Shown: positions 38,701 to 51,900 of the stretch, piece by piece
Position numbering within the stretch: the first letter of the stretch is position 1
Layout: every line of letters starts with the position of its first letter
Source: Antedon mediterranea
Taxonomy: Eukaryota > Animalia > Echinodermata
Assembly (NCBI RefSeq): GCF_964355755.1
Contig: NC_092675.1
Coordinates: 12,147,812 to 12,211,811 of the forward strand
DNA length: 64,000 nucleotides
Reading direction: 5' to 3'
Program-made: the position numbers and the translations under genes
Notes under the pieces: generated by a model
What the model was told of the DNA's origin: nothing
Database searches by the model: none
Seen by the model: the letters and a program-made list of their open reading frames with translations, nothing else

Positions 38701-40540
38701 GGTCACCTATTTTTATCTTTGCAGTATTTTATCAATCAATCTATTTTAATCTGTTATAGCTCCTCCGAATAAAAAGTGATACCCATGAATGTGTATACTG
38801 TACAATGACCCAAAATATACAGAATTCACCATATAACAACAAAATATTATATTATTTTATTCTATAATAATTCTAATAATAATTTTCTGTGCGCAATATT
38901 CTAAAGTAAGTAACGTAATGACGTGCAAGTGGATTTTGCTGTGCAGATAACTAAACTCGTCAAAGTAGGCCTAACGAGTTCAAGTCTAGTTTAATTCGTT
39001 TATTTATTTTAAATTGTAATATTATTTTAACTAGTTGGATGGCGATCAGTTGATAAGTAATTATTTTTTTTAGGGCCAACGTGGCCAATAAGCTTAAGAA
39101 TGTCTTTTTAAGGGGTCAAAAAGCTTGCTGAATGCTGCTGGCCTACACCTACCATGTTGTTCGTTTGGAATTCGTTCGTTTAGGCGACCCACCTAGGCGT
39201 ATTAAATTAGTCAACAAAGCAAAGACAGTAGCCTACTATTGTTTTATTCGAATATGCTTTGTTTTATTTATCTTTTAAGAACAATGGTATTTGCGTGTGG
39301 CTTTTGCTTCGGAACTGAATATAGTACGTCCATGAGTTGGGAGGTCTAAGTTACAAAAGTTATTCAAAATTACGGATTACATCTCGGGTCCTCCGTGCGT
39401 GGAGTATGTTTTAGTTACCATATGAAGGAATATATATATTTATTGTAAATATTGTATTTATTTTGACCACTTTGACCCTGGGAAAATAAACGGGGAACAT
39501 TGGTGGATTTTAGTTTTTTCAATTGTTTTATTATGAATAGCCTATATAGCATAGACCTACCAGTAACATTTCAAGTTTATTTGTTGTTTATAGGCCTATT
39601 ACTATTCTAGCTTTGTTCTCTAAAATTTAATAACTACGAAACACCCTACTTATCAAACTATCATAATGGTCATAACTGAAAAACAACTTCAGTATAGTAT
39701 AGTATAATTAAACAAATCTTGTATAAATCTGATTTTCATAAACAGCAGAGCACATGTACACAATATGCATAGGGTGGAAGAACATTTAAAGAAAGAGCCT
39801 GTTATTGCTAGGTATGCGCGTAAAACAAAACAGTCCTTTGTATCCACGGCAGAGCACGTGTACACAATATGCATAGGGTGGAAGAACGTTTAAGGAAACG
39901 GTCCTATGCCGATCCTTTGGATCGTCGGAGCACATGGCCAAAACAATGTCGTTTCTTAATATGCGCACAACCATGTGACATTGACTGAATTGATAATATA
40001 AATTAATGAAGTATTTTATGATGATAATCATAAAATAAGGACACACTTAACATATAAACCATGCATACATTTCAAAGAACTAAAATACTGAATCTTCCTA
40101 AACATTCAAATCAAGCTATTTAGTATTATATTCGGCTATACAAAAAAAAATGTATACGGTACAGTATAGGCTAAATGAAGCCTACGGGGTTTCCCCATTT
40201 ATTTTATGTATGTATACGTACACGACAATATATGTATAGACCGGGGAATAGGTCTACATTATCAGCCGATTTCTTTGTTGTCATAGGACCTGACCCTAAA
40301 AACGCATTTTCATCGTTGTGTTCGACGCAAAATCGATTTCAAAATAGTATTACATTGAACCGCGATGTTCGCGTTAATCGCGTCTTTTTACCGACGTAAT
40401 AGTAGGCGGTCCTAAGCTTTGAATATTTAATGAGTACAATTAATGAGCTTGATTAAGACGTTTAACGCGTTAAACGGTCAAAGAAATCTGAACCGTGTTT
40501 CACGCATAATTATCGTTTTGAAACATTTTGACATGACGCC
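35776..40540. mobile_element. PIF/Harbinger-like non-autonomous element, 4.77 kb
   Basis: ~45-bp TIR GGCGTCATGTCAAAATGTTT(A/C)AAAACGAT..TATGCGTGAAAC; TTA duplicated at 35773-75 and 40541-43; empty site GTGTTACACACACGG visible at ~41257. Confidence 0.9.
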
Positions 40541-40654
40541 TTACACACACGGTCATGCACTCGATGTTGCGGCTGTTGAGGCTGGGCGCGGCCGAGCCTA
40601 GGTAAGAAAAAACCTAAATAAAGGACGCTGTTGCAGATATAACAAAATATATTA

Positions 40655-41558
40655 CCGTATATTTCGGTGTATAAGTCGTACTTTTGACACGCAAATTTGA
40701 CCTCTAAATTAAGGGTGCGTCTTATACACCGAACATAAATGCCTCACCACACAGATTGTACATAGGCCTAGGTCTTAGGCTATCGTCACCTCGTTTGCTA
40801 GGTTAGGCCTACCTACAGTAACTAACGTAACGGCAACCTGCTTCTGCCTAGTTTTCAAGGCATTTTAGCATGATGTTATACTAAATATGATGAAAAGATT
40901 TGTTCATTATGGCGCTCCGATAAAATTTCATTTGTAAACGTTTACGTACGATTGGAATAGTATTTATTTATACAGTAGTTATACGCACGATCGCCTTACC
41001 CCCAGCGCAAGCCCTTTCTTGGCGGCCACATGGTGTATTTATAGTTATACGCACGACCGCCGTACCCCTAGCCTAGCGCAAGCCCTTCTTGGCGGCCACA
41101 TGGTGTACGGTATTCGATTAGTATATTCTCCAGTTTGATTATAGCATGGACCTAGCGTATACACTTCTCGGATACATAGATACTAATCGAATACGATTGT
41201 CCGTGAAAACGTGCGCCCTCTCGAAATGATCGAGCGAGGCTAGCCCACACACGTACGTGTTACACACACGGTCATGCACTCGATGTTGCGGCGAAACTCA
41301 TGAATAACAAGTTAGAAAGAACTTGTTGAGGCTGGGCGCGGCCGAGCCTAGGTATGAAAAAACCTAAATAAAGGACGCTGTTGTAGATATAACAAAATAT
41401 ATTATTACAATAATATTGATTACAATTTAAAAAAACATTGTTTTGATGAAAAATAAGGTGCGTCTTATACATCGACGATATAAAAAATACCGATATTTTA
41501 CTCTCAGTTAGGGGGTGCGTCTTATACACAGGTGCGACTTATACACCGAAATATACGG
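40655..41558 (+). mobile_element. Tc2-like MITE, intact 904-bp copy inserted into its own family member
   Basis: CCGTATATTTCGG..CCGAAATATACGG with TA at 40653-54 and 41559-60. Confidence 0.93.
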
Positions 41559-42583
41559 TATTACAATAATATTGATTACAATTTAAAAAAACATTGTTTT
41601 GATGAAATATAAGGTGCGTCTTATACACCGACGATATAAAAAATACCGATATTTTACTCTCAGTTAGGGGGTGCGTCTTATACACAGGTGCGACTTATAC
41701 ACCGAAATATACGGTAAACCTAAAAGAAAAACGTTCTACAAAATCGGCTGTATATATTGAGGCAAAACAAGCTCCAATCGCCGTCCGCACGTTTGGTGTC
41801 CCAATCGTCTAAGTAGGCCTAAAATAGTTTACTCTCCAAAAAAGCGGATACTGAATCAAGCAAGTAGACCTAGTAGTAGGTAGGAGACCTAGCCGGTCCG
41901 GCCCAGTTAACAATTGAGCTAGCTAGTGTAGTAGACCCTATGCAAATTGATACTAACAGGCCTTTTACTATAGACTACACTTGTTAAAATTAGCAATACT
42001 TATGTTTACAAATATTCCAACTCTCTCATTCAAGCTATATCATCTATACCATTCCGGTAGGTCGAGTCGACCTTCCATCAAATACTGTAAATCGTTCATT
42101 TATACTGTATCTGCTTATCACGTGACGATGCCAGGCATGGGCAGAGAGCACATGTATTGTTGTCTCGCTCCTCAGCAGGAATGTACAGTGTGTGTTATTG
42201 TAAAATTCATTTTATCAGGAAATTAAAACTGCTTTCACAACGAAATCAAAAATATTCATTTACTACTACATGTAATACACTTAACAGTGATATTTATTTG
42301 GCCGTTTGTTCACCCACTAATGGGTTTTAAAATAACAACTCATTTTTCCCTTACTCAAATTATAATATAGATTGACACATCATTAAAATCAAATTATTTT
42401 TTTCAAATTACAATATTGCACACAATCTTGATTTCGCCCACTCACATGTGTCTTGAGAATAATCTGAAGTCAGGGGTCAAAAGAAACTTACACCTGCCTA
42501 GAATTTAATATCAATGAACAATTTTGACCCAAAAAAAGACATCACAGTTGAGAATAGACATAAATGATCAGTTTAATACTTAC

Positions 42584-42709
42584 AGTGTCAGAGTCATTAA
42601 GAGGTCTTTTAGAAACTGATGATAGCAGAAAGTGATTGTTCTTATTACCCCATAGTAAGCTTCTCCTACCAACTGCATCACGTCCAAACCATAAACGTTT
42701 TCTGCTAGC
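42584..42709 (-). CDS. ASNSD1: Internal exon, asparagine synthetase domain-containing protein 1-like (glutamine amidotransferase type-2 domain)
   Basis: CAG|...|GTAAGT, 126 nt phase 0-0, ASRKRLWFGRDAVGRRSLLWGNKNNHFLLSSVSKRPLNDSDT; LWFGRD..GRRSLLW is the ASNSD1/YML096W family motif (recognised from memory). Confidence 0.85.
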
Positions 42710-43173
42710 CTGTTTTTAAAGTAAAAAATATAATAATATAATTCCCTCACTATAACATGGTGTTTACTGTAATGTTTGCCCTAAATTTCATAATTGGAAT
42801 TTTGACCATCTGAGCGCATTGCATTGGCAATTGATGGGTTTTTTTTAAAGCACAAACTTGGCAGAATACTATATTAAATTATATTTTGAATATGTTATCT
42901 GTTGTTTTGGAATTACTTAATAGAAACAGCCAAACACATTATTAATAGGCTTTCAATACTAGTTACTATTTTTTACTTTTAAGAATACAAACATCTACAT
43001 GGTGATCAAGTTCCAATCATACGACACTGCTCCACTTCCTATTGGACCAACAATTTACATACCATATTTTAGGATCAAAAGTAAAATCCCAATACATTAA
43101 TTGTAATTGTACTGTAGGAGTGGTGCAAAGTAGTAAATCTTAACATGCATTTAATATCTTTCCAAGAACATAC

Positions 43174-43296
43174 CTGCCAGTAAATTAGTGAGCAGGGGCC
43201 TTGAATCTGGGATAACTGACTGGTGATTTCCAAATCAGAAGAGCATTGTTCTAGTAACTTTAAAAGCACATTTCCATCATTCTCATCATTTTTTAC
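43174..43296 (-). CDS. ASNSD1: Internal exon, ASNSD1-like (precedes 42584-42709)
   Basis: TAG|...|GTATGT, 123 nt phase 0-0, VKNDENDGNVLLKLLEQCSSDLEITSQLSQIQGPCSLIYWQ; matches END..L...L..C...I...S..QGPWS.IY.Q pattern and splices in frame to the next exon. Confidence 0.83.
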
Positions 43297-43409
43297 CTAC
43301 AAATACAATACAATAGTTCATTGTGAATTCCTTTTCCTGTCCTGTTTTTTGTTACATCTAATCAGTTGAGACGCAGAGTGCTCAAATGACCGTTAAATCG
43401 CTAATTTCC

Positions 43410-43654
43410 CCCTGCGCATGCGCCATTTTTATACCAGGAAGTAGAAATTGTTTACACTTAGCGACGAACCGCGATGAATTTTTGCATGGAAGAGCCTTCA
43501 GAAATCCAGTAAAATTTCACCAATCAGGAACCTAATTCACTTGCCAAATATAGAAAGAATCTTCCCGCCGACATTTTTTCATATAAAGGACGGACATTTA
43601 AATCGGAGTCCATTTTTCGAAATCGTAGCTGTCGAGGGCTCACGTGAGGTAAGT
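43410..43654 (+). promoter_or_regulatory. Promoter-like motif cluster and splice donor within TE left end
   Basis: NRF1-type TGCGCATGCGC (43413-23), YY1-type CGCCATTTT, ETS-type CAGGAAGT (43435-42), CCAAT (43521), consensus donor GAG|GTAAGT at 43648/49. Confidence 0.45.
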
Positions 43655-44202
43655 TTTGATTCTGGTTTGTTTTGGTTTGAAACAAACCAGCCGATTTTGT
43701 CTTCACAAGCCAAAATTAGTAACATTCTAGTATGTGTTCAATACATATTCTGAGAAAGATTTGGCTCTGTTCATTTTATTAGAGAACTATTAAAATTTAG
43801 TGCAAGTTGAGTAGTCACTTTTTTCGGGCCGCCTACATCTTTGTATGTATTCCTTAGCTATATCGTAGATAGCGCCTGTGCTTTATCAGATCAATCTTTA
43901 CCAATCACGGGGCTTTGGTTTGACATATTAGGTTTTGATCGACTATTTATTGATTATCATGCAATTATAATGTTATTTGAAGTTATATTTTGTGGAAATT
44001 TGTAATTATAAACGGAATAAAATACATTGAGATTTCGGTCTGTATATAGAAATAGGGCCGGCCTACTGTAACTAGGGCTAGCTAGGCCGATCTGTTTTGA
44101 AGTTTCCTATATAGTTATTTCGTACGGATTGAACTATTAGTAATTACCCTATGCTATTGGAACTAAATTTGTAATTTTTTATTATACGCACCTAGGCCTA
44201 GT

Positions 44203-45721
44203 GGTTTACGATGAAATCGGTCGCGTCTGAAATCGGTCGCGTTTGAAATCGGTCGCAAAAACTTCCGGTAGTTTGTATGGCGCGCCGCTAGAGCTATACG
44301 TTTGAAATCGGTCGCGTTTGAATTCGGTCGTGCTATTTTGTATGGAGCGAGATGCATGCTAGCGGGATTTACATTTTCTTCGTTTATAGTCTAGATTTAA
44401 TTGATATTTTTTAGGAACCAGATTATTTATGTGGATATTTTTTATTTTGATTAATAAATATTTATTATCAATCATTTTTTTTTATTTTACAGGTCTTGGA
44501 GAAGGACTGTGTCTTTTCAAAATGGCCATTTCTAAACACGTTTAAATATTTTATTAGGCATAATACAGTATAATAATTTACCTCTATTTTATTATGTACT
44601 GTAATTAATATATTATACTGTATATAGAGAATATACGTCTGTGTCTTTTATTAATATTATGCAAACAATTACGTAAAAGAGAACAATTTATTTAAAAACA
44701 AAATGTTACAATGTATAGCCCGTAAAGCCAGCGTATCCATTTTTATACTTATGCATAATGTGGCAGATATCATATCTATATATTGGACCACCTTATTTTA
44801 ATTTCTATTTTATTTATGTCCGTACGTTATGTAGGATTAAGTGTAGGCCTATAACGATTATTGTTGAGGAAAATCACGTGTATATTTTATTTCTAATGTT
44901 TAGGCCTAAAATAGTTTCTAGTAAAAATGATTATTTTATATGCGGATTGTTAAAAGACGAGTTACTGAAATAAACCCCGAAATAGGCCATATCGTGTATG
45001 CGCCTTCTATGATCGTGCAGACGTTAACTGCACGTTATTTTGCTGACGGGGATTACCTAAAAAACACGCACGATCGATGACGTATAGGCCTATTACTAAT
45101 AACCATACGTTTGAAACATCTATAGGCCTGCACGTGTTTTTGTGAAACATAGTTCCATAGGCCTACTGTATAGGTCCGGTAGATTGATTTATAACGGCAT
45201 ATTATTTTATTAGTATTATCCTGAAACCATGCTCATGTAAGAGTGGCGGATATCGAACGTAACAATCATCGTCATACATCATCTTCCTTTATCATAAACC
45301 TCATTGAGCTGGTATCCACTTGCAGGTATAGAACTAGTTTCGTAATTAACTGCGATTAAAAACTACGCAATAGGCGCGTCTACTTGTTTAATATTAAATT
45401 ATTTCAACATTTAAAAAAATCTAATCTTTTCAAAAACTTAAATAATATTCAATAACACTTTTAAAAAACGATTTTCTAAACAAACACATTACAATTATTC
45501 ATTGACACCTGTAAGATAAAATGAAAACACAAATTATTTATAAATAACGAGATAAATATTTATATTTACTGTACTAAAAAAATAATAACGATCGAGGTAA
45601 AAAAATTGTTAATACTATTAGAAATTCTATATTCAAAATGTATCTAGTGAGTCCCATGCAAAATAGCGCGACCGATTTCAAACGCGACCGATTTCAGACT
45701 TGACCGATTTCATCTGACACC
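44203..45721. mobile_element. 1.5-kb TIR element with 17-bp subterminal repeats and 8-bp TSD (MULE/Merlin-like)
   Basis: GGTTTACGATGAAATCGG vs CCGATTTCATCTGACACC; GAAATCGGTCGCGTTT repeats at both ends in inverted orientation; GGCCTAGT at 44195-202 and 45722-29. Confidence 0.8.
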
Positions 45722-47639
45722 GGCCTAGTCAGCTGTAGAGCATACTATCTAGGCCTAGATGTCTGCTTACTGTTGTGAACCAACTTTCATGTGCATTTAC
45801 TACGCCAATTTATATCAAGTTTAATATGTGTGCTATGTAAATAAGTTATAGACCTATATGATATATTTGATTTTATTTAATAATATAATAATTAGATTTG
45901 TTTGCCTTAGAATAGTATAAAAATAGTATTTTTATATGCATTATAATTTTGAAAGTATTTATGCCAATACTTTGCCATAAAAAAATAAAAACATCTCGTT
46001 ACATTCTGCATTGTCTAGGATTAATTTCAATAATAATAATAATATAGGTGCTATTTAAAAACAAAAATTTAAGAAATTTCAGCAGGTGACTGGTTTCTGT
46101 TTTGTTTTTATATTCAATTTCCATTTTATTGGAAATTACTTAATCCAAACTAATTTAAATAAGTTTATAAACCAGTATTTGTTCCAGTTATATTGCCGTA
46201 TAGTGCATAATAATTACAGTATATTTATATTATTTATTTTATCAGCATTTAACTTCTATCTAGTCTTTTTAAATGTTATCGTATTTATGTTTAAATTCAT
46301 GCTGCATAATTGTATTAGGTTTAAATGTTTCTCAGTTCTTCAAAAAATACCAAAAGATTCAGTTAAAATTACACTTACACTTTTAATCTTTTATAACTCT
46401 ACCAGAATCATTTTGGTATAATTTAGGATAGTTTGTTAATGATAATTTTTATTTTACAACAGTTATGAGTTGAAATAAAATAAAGTATAAATTTTAAAAA
46501 TTCTTCTTTGTGTTTTATTTTTATTATGTAGTTTTTGAAGAATTTGTGGTGTGATGATTGCAGTGATGGATTGTGCATTGTAAATTAATATTATTAATTA
46601 ATAACAATAATAAATGGAATTTAAAATTAAATCACATAAATACAGTCGGACCTTAAAAGTTTTTATTAAAAGCAGTCTGGTTCCCCTACGACTAATGCCA
46701 TGATGTTATTTTAAGCCGTCTGGTGCTGTAAGGCTATTGCCATTACGTCATTTCTCTCGTCGGAATGGCTGCTATTTTAGAATTCATTCGCTTCACTCAA
46801 ACGAATCCAGCCGTTTTTTTCTTCAAGAGAGTTTAACGATTTCCTTTGGTAGAAATGTTTGGAATATATATATTTACGTCATATACCTAAAATCTGTGAC
46901 TGTTCATACGATTTTCAGTGAGTTATTAAATTTTTTTTCGACTAAAGTTACTCATCACTACGCCAGTCGCCGCTAGCCTACGCTAAGGTCGCCACAAACT
47001 TTCACTTGGCTAGGTTAAATATGATCGAATTTTTGAATTCTATACAGGTAAAATCCCTTAAATATTATTTATAAATACAAAATACCCTGTAAATCGTTAA
47101 TAAAATCTCATAATTTTACACGGAAATTCAGAACTTTTTTCTCTCGATCGAAGGTAGCAATGGCGGCGATTCAAATTTCGAGATTGTGATAATTTTGAGG
47201 TCACGCTGCGTCTCGACTGTAATGGTATCGATAAAGAATGATATCAGTAGTAGAACTTATTCATATGGTGTCATTGAATGTTATGCCTATGATTCTCATA
47301 ATTGTATTATAAACACTGTTGGCAGTACAGTATGGGTATGAATCTTTAATAATTTCTCACTTCGACATTATTTGCAGTAGGCTTCTCTCTTTTTTTGTAA
47401 TAGTTGATGTTTCTCTGTATATGGCCAATCTTTGTTATATTTGAAAATTGTATTTACTTTTTTTCAGCTGGAATCATGGAATAAAATGTGTACAAATTTA
47501 TTATATACAATGAATATTACATCTACCGGTATGCTATCATAGGATTATCTAGAATTGTCACCATTTCACAGTACTGTATTTAGCACAAATTGAAAATTTT
47601 TTGGCTAAATGCAACACACATTTTTTTTTTTTTAAAGCA

Positions 47640-47935
47640 ACTTTGTAGACCCGGGTTAGATATTTATCAATTGACTATGTATTTATGTGAGTGTTATCCA
47701 CTCTGTTATTTAGTAATAGTATGCTCTCTCAGTGTGGGTCTCTCAGTCACAGGTAAACAATCCAGAACCTCTGAACAAATTCAGCATAGGGCGCTGCATA
47801 TTATCTAGCTATCATCAGGCCATGACACTGGTTTACTCAAACTCTCCAAGAATCTCTCTTGCAAGAATGACTTTATCAAATTAAAATACCCATCCCATAG
47901 ATTAAATGAGTTACTTCCCCCCAAGTTGCACATCA
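47640..47935 (+). mobile_element. Highly degenerate CR1-group LINE fragment
   Basis: Broken frames give SVIHSV..YA.SVW, EQIQHRALHII, PSHRLNELLPP, resembling CR1 post-RT motifs. Confidence 0.55.
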
Positions 47936-48034
47936 AATACTAGCTCCAGTCCCACTATTGGTTTTTCCAAAGGGACACTGTATTGATTGATGGAAAGTGC
48001 CTGTTTCCAGTCACCTTTGGGGTCAAACCTATTA

Positions 48035-48941
48035 CCGTATATTTCGGTGTATAAGTCGCACCTGTGTATAAGACGCACCCCCTAACTGAGAGTAAAATAT
48101 CGGTATTTTTTATATCGTCGATGTATAAGACGCACCTTATTTTTCATCAAAACCATGTTTTTTTAAATTGTAATCAATATTATTGTAATAATATATTTTT
48201 TTATATCTACAACGGCGTCCTTTATTTAGGTTTTTTCATACCTAGGCTCGGCCGCGCCCAGCCTCAACAAGTTCTTTCTAACTTGTTATTCATGAGTTTC
48301 GCCGCAACATCGAGTGCATGACCGTGTGTGTAACACGTACGTGTGTGGGCTAGCCTCGCTCGATCATTTCGAGAGGGCGCACGTTTTCACGGACAATCGT
48401 ATTCGATTAGTATCTATGTATCCGAGAAGTGTATACGCTAGGTCCATGCTATAATCAACTGGAGAATATACTAATCGAATACCGTACACCATGTGGCCGC
48501 CAAGAAGGGCTTGCGCTAGGCTAGGGGTACGGCGGTCGTGCGTATAACTATAAATACACCATGTGGCCGCCAAGAAAGGGCTTGCGCTGGGGGTACGACG
48601 ATCGTGCGTATAACTACTGTATAAATAAATACTATTCCAATCGTACGTAAACGTTTACAAATGAAATTTTATCGGAGCGCCATAATGAACAAATCTTTTC
48701 ATCATATTTAGTATAACATCATGCTAAAATGCCTTGAAAACTAGGCAGAAGCAGGTTGCCGTTACGTTAGTTAGTTACTGTAGCTAGGCCTAACCTAGCA
48801 AACGAGGTGACGATAGCCTAAGGCCTAGGCCTATGTACAATCTGTGTGGTGAGGCATTTATGTTCGGTGTATAAGACGCACCCTTAATTTAGAGGTCAAA
48901 TTTGCGTGTCAAAAGTGCGACTTATACACCGAAATATACGG
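48035..48941 (-). mobile_element. Tc2-like MITE, intact 907-bp copy, inverted relative to 40655-41558
   Basis: Both TIRs, TA flanks (48033-34, 48942-43); ORF 48064..48321 nearly identical to 41272..41529. Confidence 0.93.
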
Positions 48942-49097
48942 TATTTTAACTGCTCCCAGCTTGTGTATAAAAAAAGAGAAAATAGTGAATGAAAAGTTCT
49001 ACTGGATGTCCTATTATTAATGAAACGGACACCGTTTTTTAAAAATCAGTAGCTAATCAGATGGGCAGAAGTTTGCTTTATAGGGATCAATATCTGA

Positions 49098-50097
49098 GGG
49101 TATGTTCAGACCTACGGAGTTATGCTTTCGTATCACAGCCAAGGTCATATATTTTAATGAGCGTTGTAAGAGCAAAGTGTTCAGATTCATTACAATGAAG
49201 TTGCGTTACAAACGGATATGATGTCACTCGTTGGAGATTAACCAAACTCTAAACGCACGCATAGACCTACCTTCGTTGTTATTAAAAGTAGTAGTGGTTG
49301 GTTTAGGAGTTACAGGCCTAGACCGAACACTTGGGCTCGGCATTATCGATTGGTTGTCAGGCATACCAACCAGCCGATCGTTTTGGGGTTTGGGTTTATA
49401 TTTGGTCTATGACCTAAAATATCATTTATGGCAGAAAATGTTCAAATCCCGTACTTGCACCGGCTCCAGATTTATTTACTCGGTCTTTCGCCGCTTTATC
49501 GACGACCCCTTCAAATTCGTTTGGATATTAAATCCTTCTTTATGAGGATGGCCCATCTGCTAACGTGTCCGCCATCTCGTTGAACACAGACATCTTGTTC
49601 CCGGTGGCGCTTTTACGCCAGTTTTTCACTTCCAACCGATCTCTGAACTCAGGGCTTCCCCACAATGAAATAAGGTATTTTACTTCGGTTTCTCGCCAAT
49701 GCGCACGCTTCGATGACATTTTAAATTAATTAATATAATAATATTATTATTAATTATAATACTGTATAGTGTAACAACAAAAGGTATGATTTTTTCGCAC
49801 GTTCACCGATCACAACAAATGGATCAGCTTGGCTATACGATGAGGAGCACATGTCACGATGTGATGTGGCGAATATTGTGATTTGATTGGCTAGATATCT
49901 AACCTAGGTCATATTCATTGATGCGTGACTTTCGTATTGTAAGCGACGTCAACTAAACTCATACCTTGAGCTTTCGTAGCGTACGAAATATCAGTGTCGT
50001 ACGAGGTGGCTTCCACTAATCTTTTCCTGGTTCAGACCTATGGACTTGTACGCCACGTACAATACGAAAGCATAACTCCGTAGGTCTGAACAGGCCC
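49098..50097 (-). mobile_element. PIF/Harbinger deletion derivative retaining Myb/SANT-like gene remnant
   Basis: ~36-bp TIR GGGTATGTTCAGACCTACGGAGTTATGCTTTCGTAT / ATACGAAAGCATAACTCCGTAGGTCTGAACAGGCCC; TGA duplicated at 49095-97 and 50098-100. Confidence 0.88.
49400..49719 (-). pseudogene. Harbinger Myb/SANT-like (trihelix) DNA-binding protein remnant
   Basis: ATG at 49719: MSSKRAHWRETEVKYLISLWGSPEFRDRLEVKNWRKSATGNKMSVFNEMADTLADGPSS* (stop 49540); downstream AKDRVNKSGAG..F.HF; W..E...LI.LW and SG.G patterns typical of this family. Confidence 0.72.
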
Positions 50098-50114
50098 TGA
50101 GAGATACAGTATAT

Positions 50115-51900
50115 TTACTCTAGTAGCTACAGTAGATCAACTTTCGTATGCACTTTGAGGTCCAGAGAATTTGACTTCAGAAATTGGTTTAGGTTGGTCA
50201 AACAATCAATTTTGGCTTGGTTTACACATTTTGAAAATGTGGCGAAAGGTCAAAGGGTCAGGGTGAAAGGTTATAACACCAAACACGTCCAACATGTCCT
50301 TAAATCTCGACAACCACTGGTGACAGCAAGGTAATTTTGGTCTCAAATTGATCAGATATACATTTATATTCAGTCTAATGGGACATTTTAGTAAAAAATG
50401 ACCGGAAATGCCATTTCTGACCTTTGACCCACAACCCAGGGCATGTATGTATCTCCGTAACTACTGGTCGTAGACACTTGAATTTGGTCTTAAACTGTTC
50501 GAAATATAGATTTTGTTATTTGTTACACATTTTTAAAAATGTTACAAAAGGTCAAAGAGTCAGGGTCAAGGATTATATGAAGAATTATAAATAGCTACTT
50601 GTATCTTGGCAACCACTGGTCGCAGCAAGTCAATGTTGGTCTCAAAATGTTCAGAAGGCATGCATTCATATTCAGTCTAATGGGGCATTTTAGTCAAAAA
50701 TGATCAGAAATGCCCTTCTGACCTTTGACCCACATACCAGGGCATCTTCATATCTCTGTAACTACTGGTCGTAGAAACTTAAATTTGGTATCAAATTGTT
50801 GGAATTTATATACATATATACATTCTTTCTAACAGAAAATTTGGTGAAAAGATGATCAGAAATACTATCAATTACTAATGTTTCAAACAAAAAACATACC
50901 TCTACACAACTTATTCTTATATAAATGGTATGCAGTAACTGATGCTTTAATAAATGGTTTCATTATAGGAATTACAACAAATCCTTTACTGTTTGTAATT
51001 GTACTTTTGCTTATATTAATGCTAGAAAATATTGTTGACCCCCAGTGTACATAATAAAACAATATTTCTGGAGATTTATTATCAATACCACTAGAAACTT
51101 AGGTTTTTTTATTTTTTAAGTACTAAATGCATTGACAATAAAAGCATCAGAAGTTTATTTTAAAATCATGATAAAATCATACTACAACACACTACAGTAC
51201 AGTATATATGTATATTTCCAACAATTTGATACCAAATTTAAGTTTCTAAGACCAGTAGTTACAGAGATGTTAAGATGCCCTGGTATGTGGGTCAAAGGTC
51301 AGAAATGGCATTTCTGATCATTTTTCACTAAAATGTCTCATTAGACTGAATATGAATACATGCCTTCTCAACATTTTGAGACTAAAATTGACTTGCTGCG
51401 ACCAGTGGTTGCCAAGATACAAGTACCTATTTGTGTTTGTTCATATAACCCTTGGCCCTGACCCTTTTACCTTTTGTAACATTTTTCAAAATATGCAACA
51501 AATAAATAAATGTATATTGCGAACATTTTAGGACCTAATTCAAGTGTCTATGACCAGTACTTACGGAGATACATACATGCCCTCTGTAGTGGGTCAAAGG
51601 TCAGAAATGGCATTTCCGGTCATTTTTGACTAAATTGTCCCATTAGACTGAATATAAATGTATACCTTCCGATCAATTTGAGACCAAAATTACCTTGCTG
51701 TGACCAGTGGTTGTCGAGATTTAAGGACCTATTGGTGTTTGATATTATAACCTTTCACCTTGACCTTTTGACCTTTCGCCACATTTTCAAAATGTGTAAC
51801 CAAGCCAAAAATGATTGTTTGACCATCCTAAACCAATTTCTGAAGTCAAATTCTCTGGACCTCAAAGTGCATACGAAAGTTGATCTAGCTACTAGAGTAA
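50115..51900. mobile_element. Foldback element: ~700-bp inverted arms around ~400-bp AT-rich spacer
   Basis: 50115-50815 is the reverse complement of ~51205-51900 (e.g. TACTCTAGTAGCTA..GATCAACTTTCGTATGCACTTTGAGG); arms contain ~300-bp internal repeats. Confidence 0.88.

Larger units (their letters stand above)
35237..41714 (+). mobile_element. Tc2-like MITE (outer copy) split by two nested insertions
   Basis: TIRs at 35237 and 41714 with TA flanks; pieces 35237-35775, 40544-40654, 41561-41714 rejoin into a copy colinear with 40655-41558. Confidence 0.92.
43363..47219. mobile_element. 3.86-kb TIR element with CAG..CTG termini and 4-bp TSD (superfamily uncertain, Academ/Sola-like)
   Basis: CAGTTGAGACGCAGAGTG vs CACGCTGCGTCTCGACTG; TAAT at 43359-62 and 47220-23. 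Confidence 0.75.

Noticed and set aside
41272-41529. 85-aa ORF repeated at 48064..48321
   Set aside because: Chance ORF within near-identical MITE copies; no transposase motifs.
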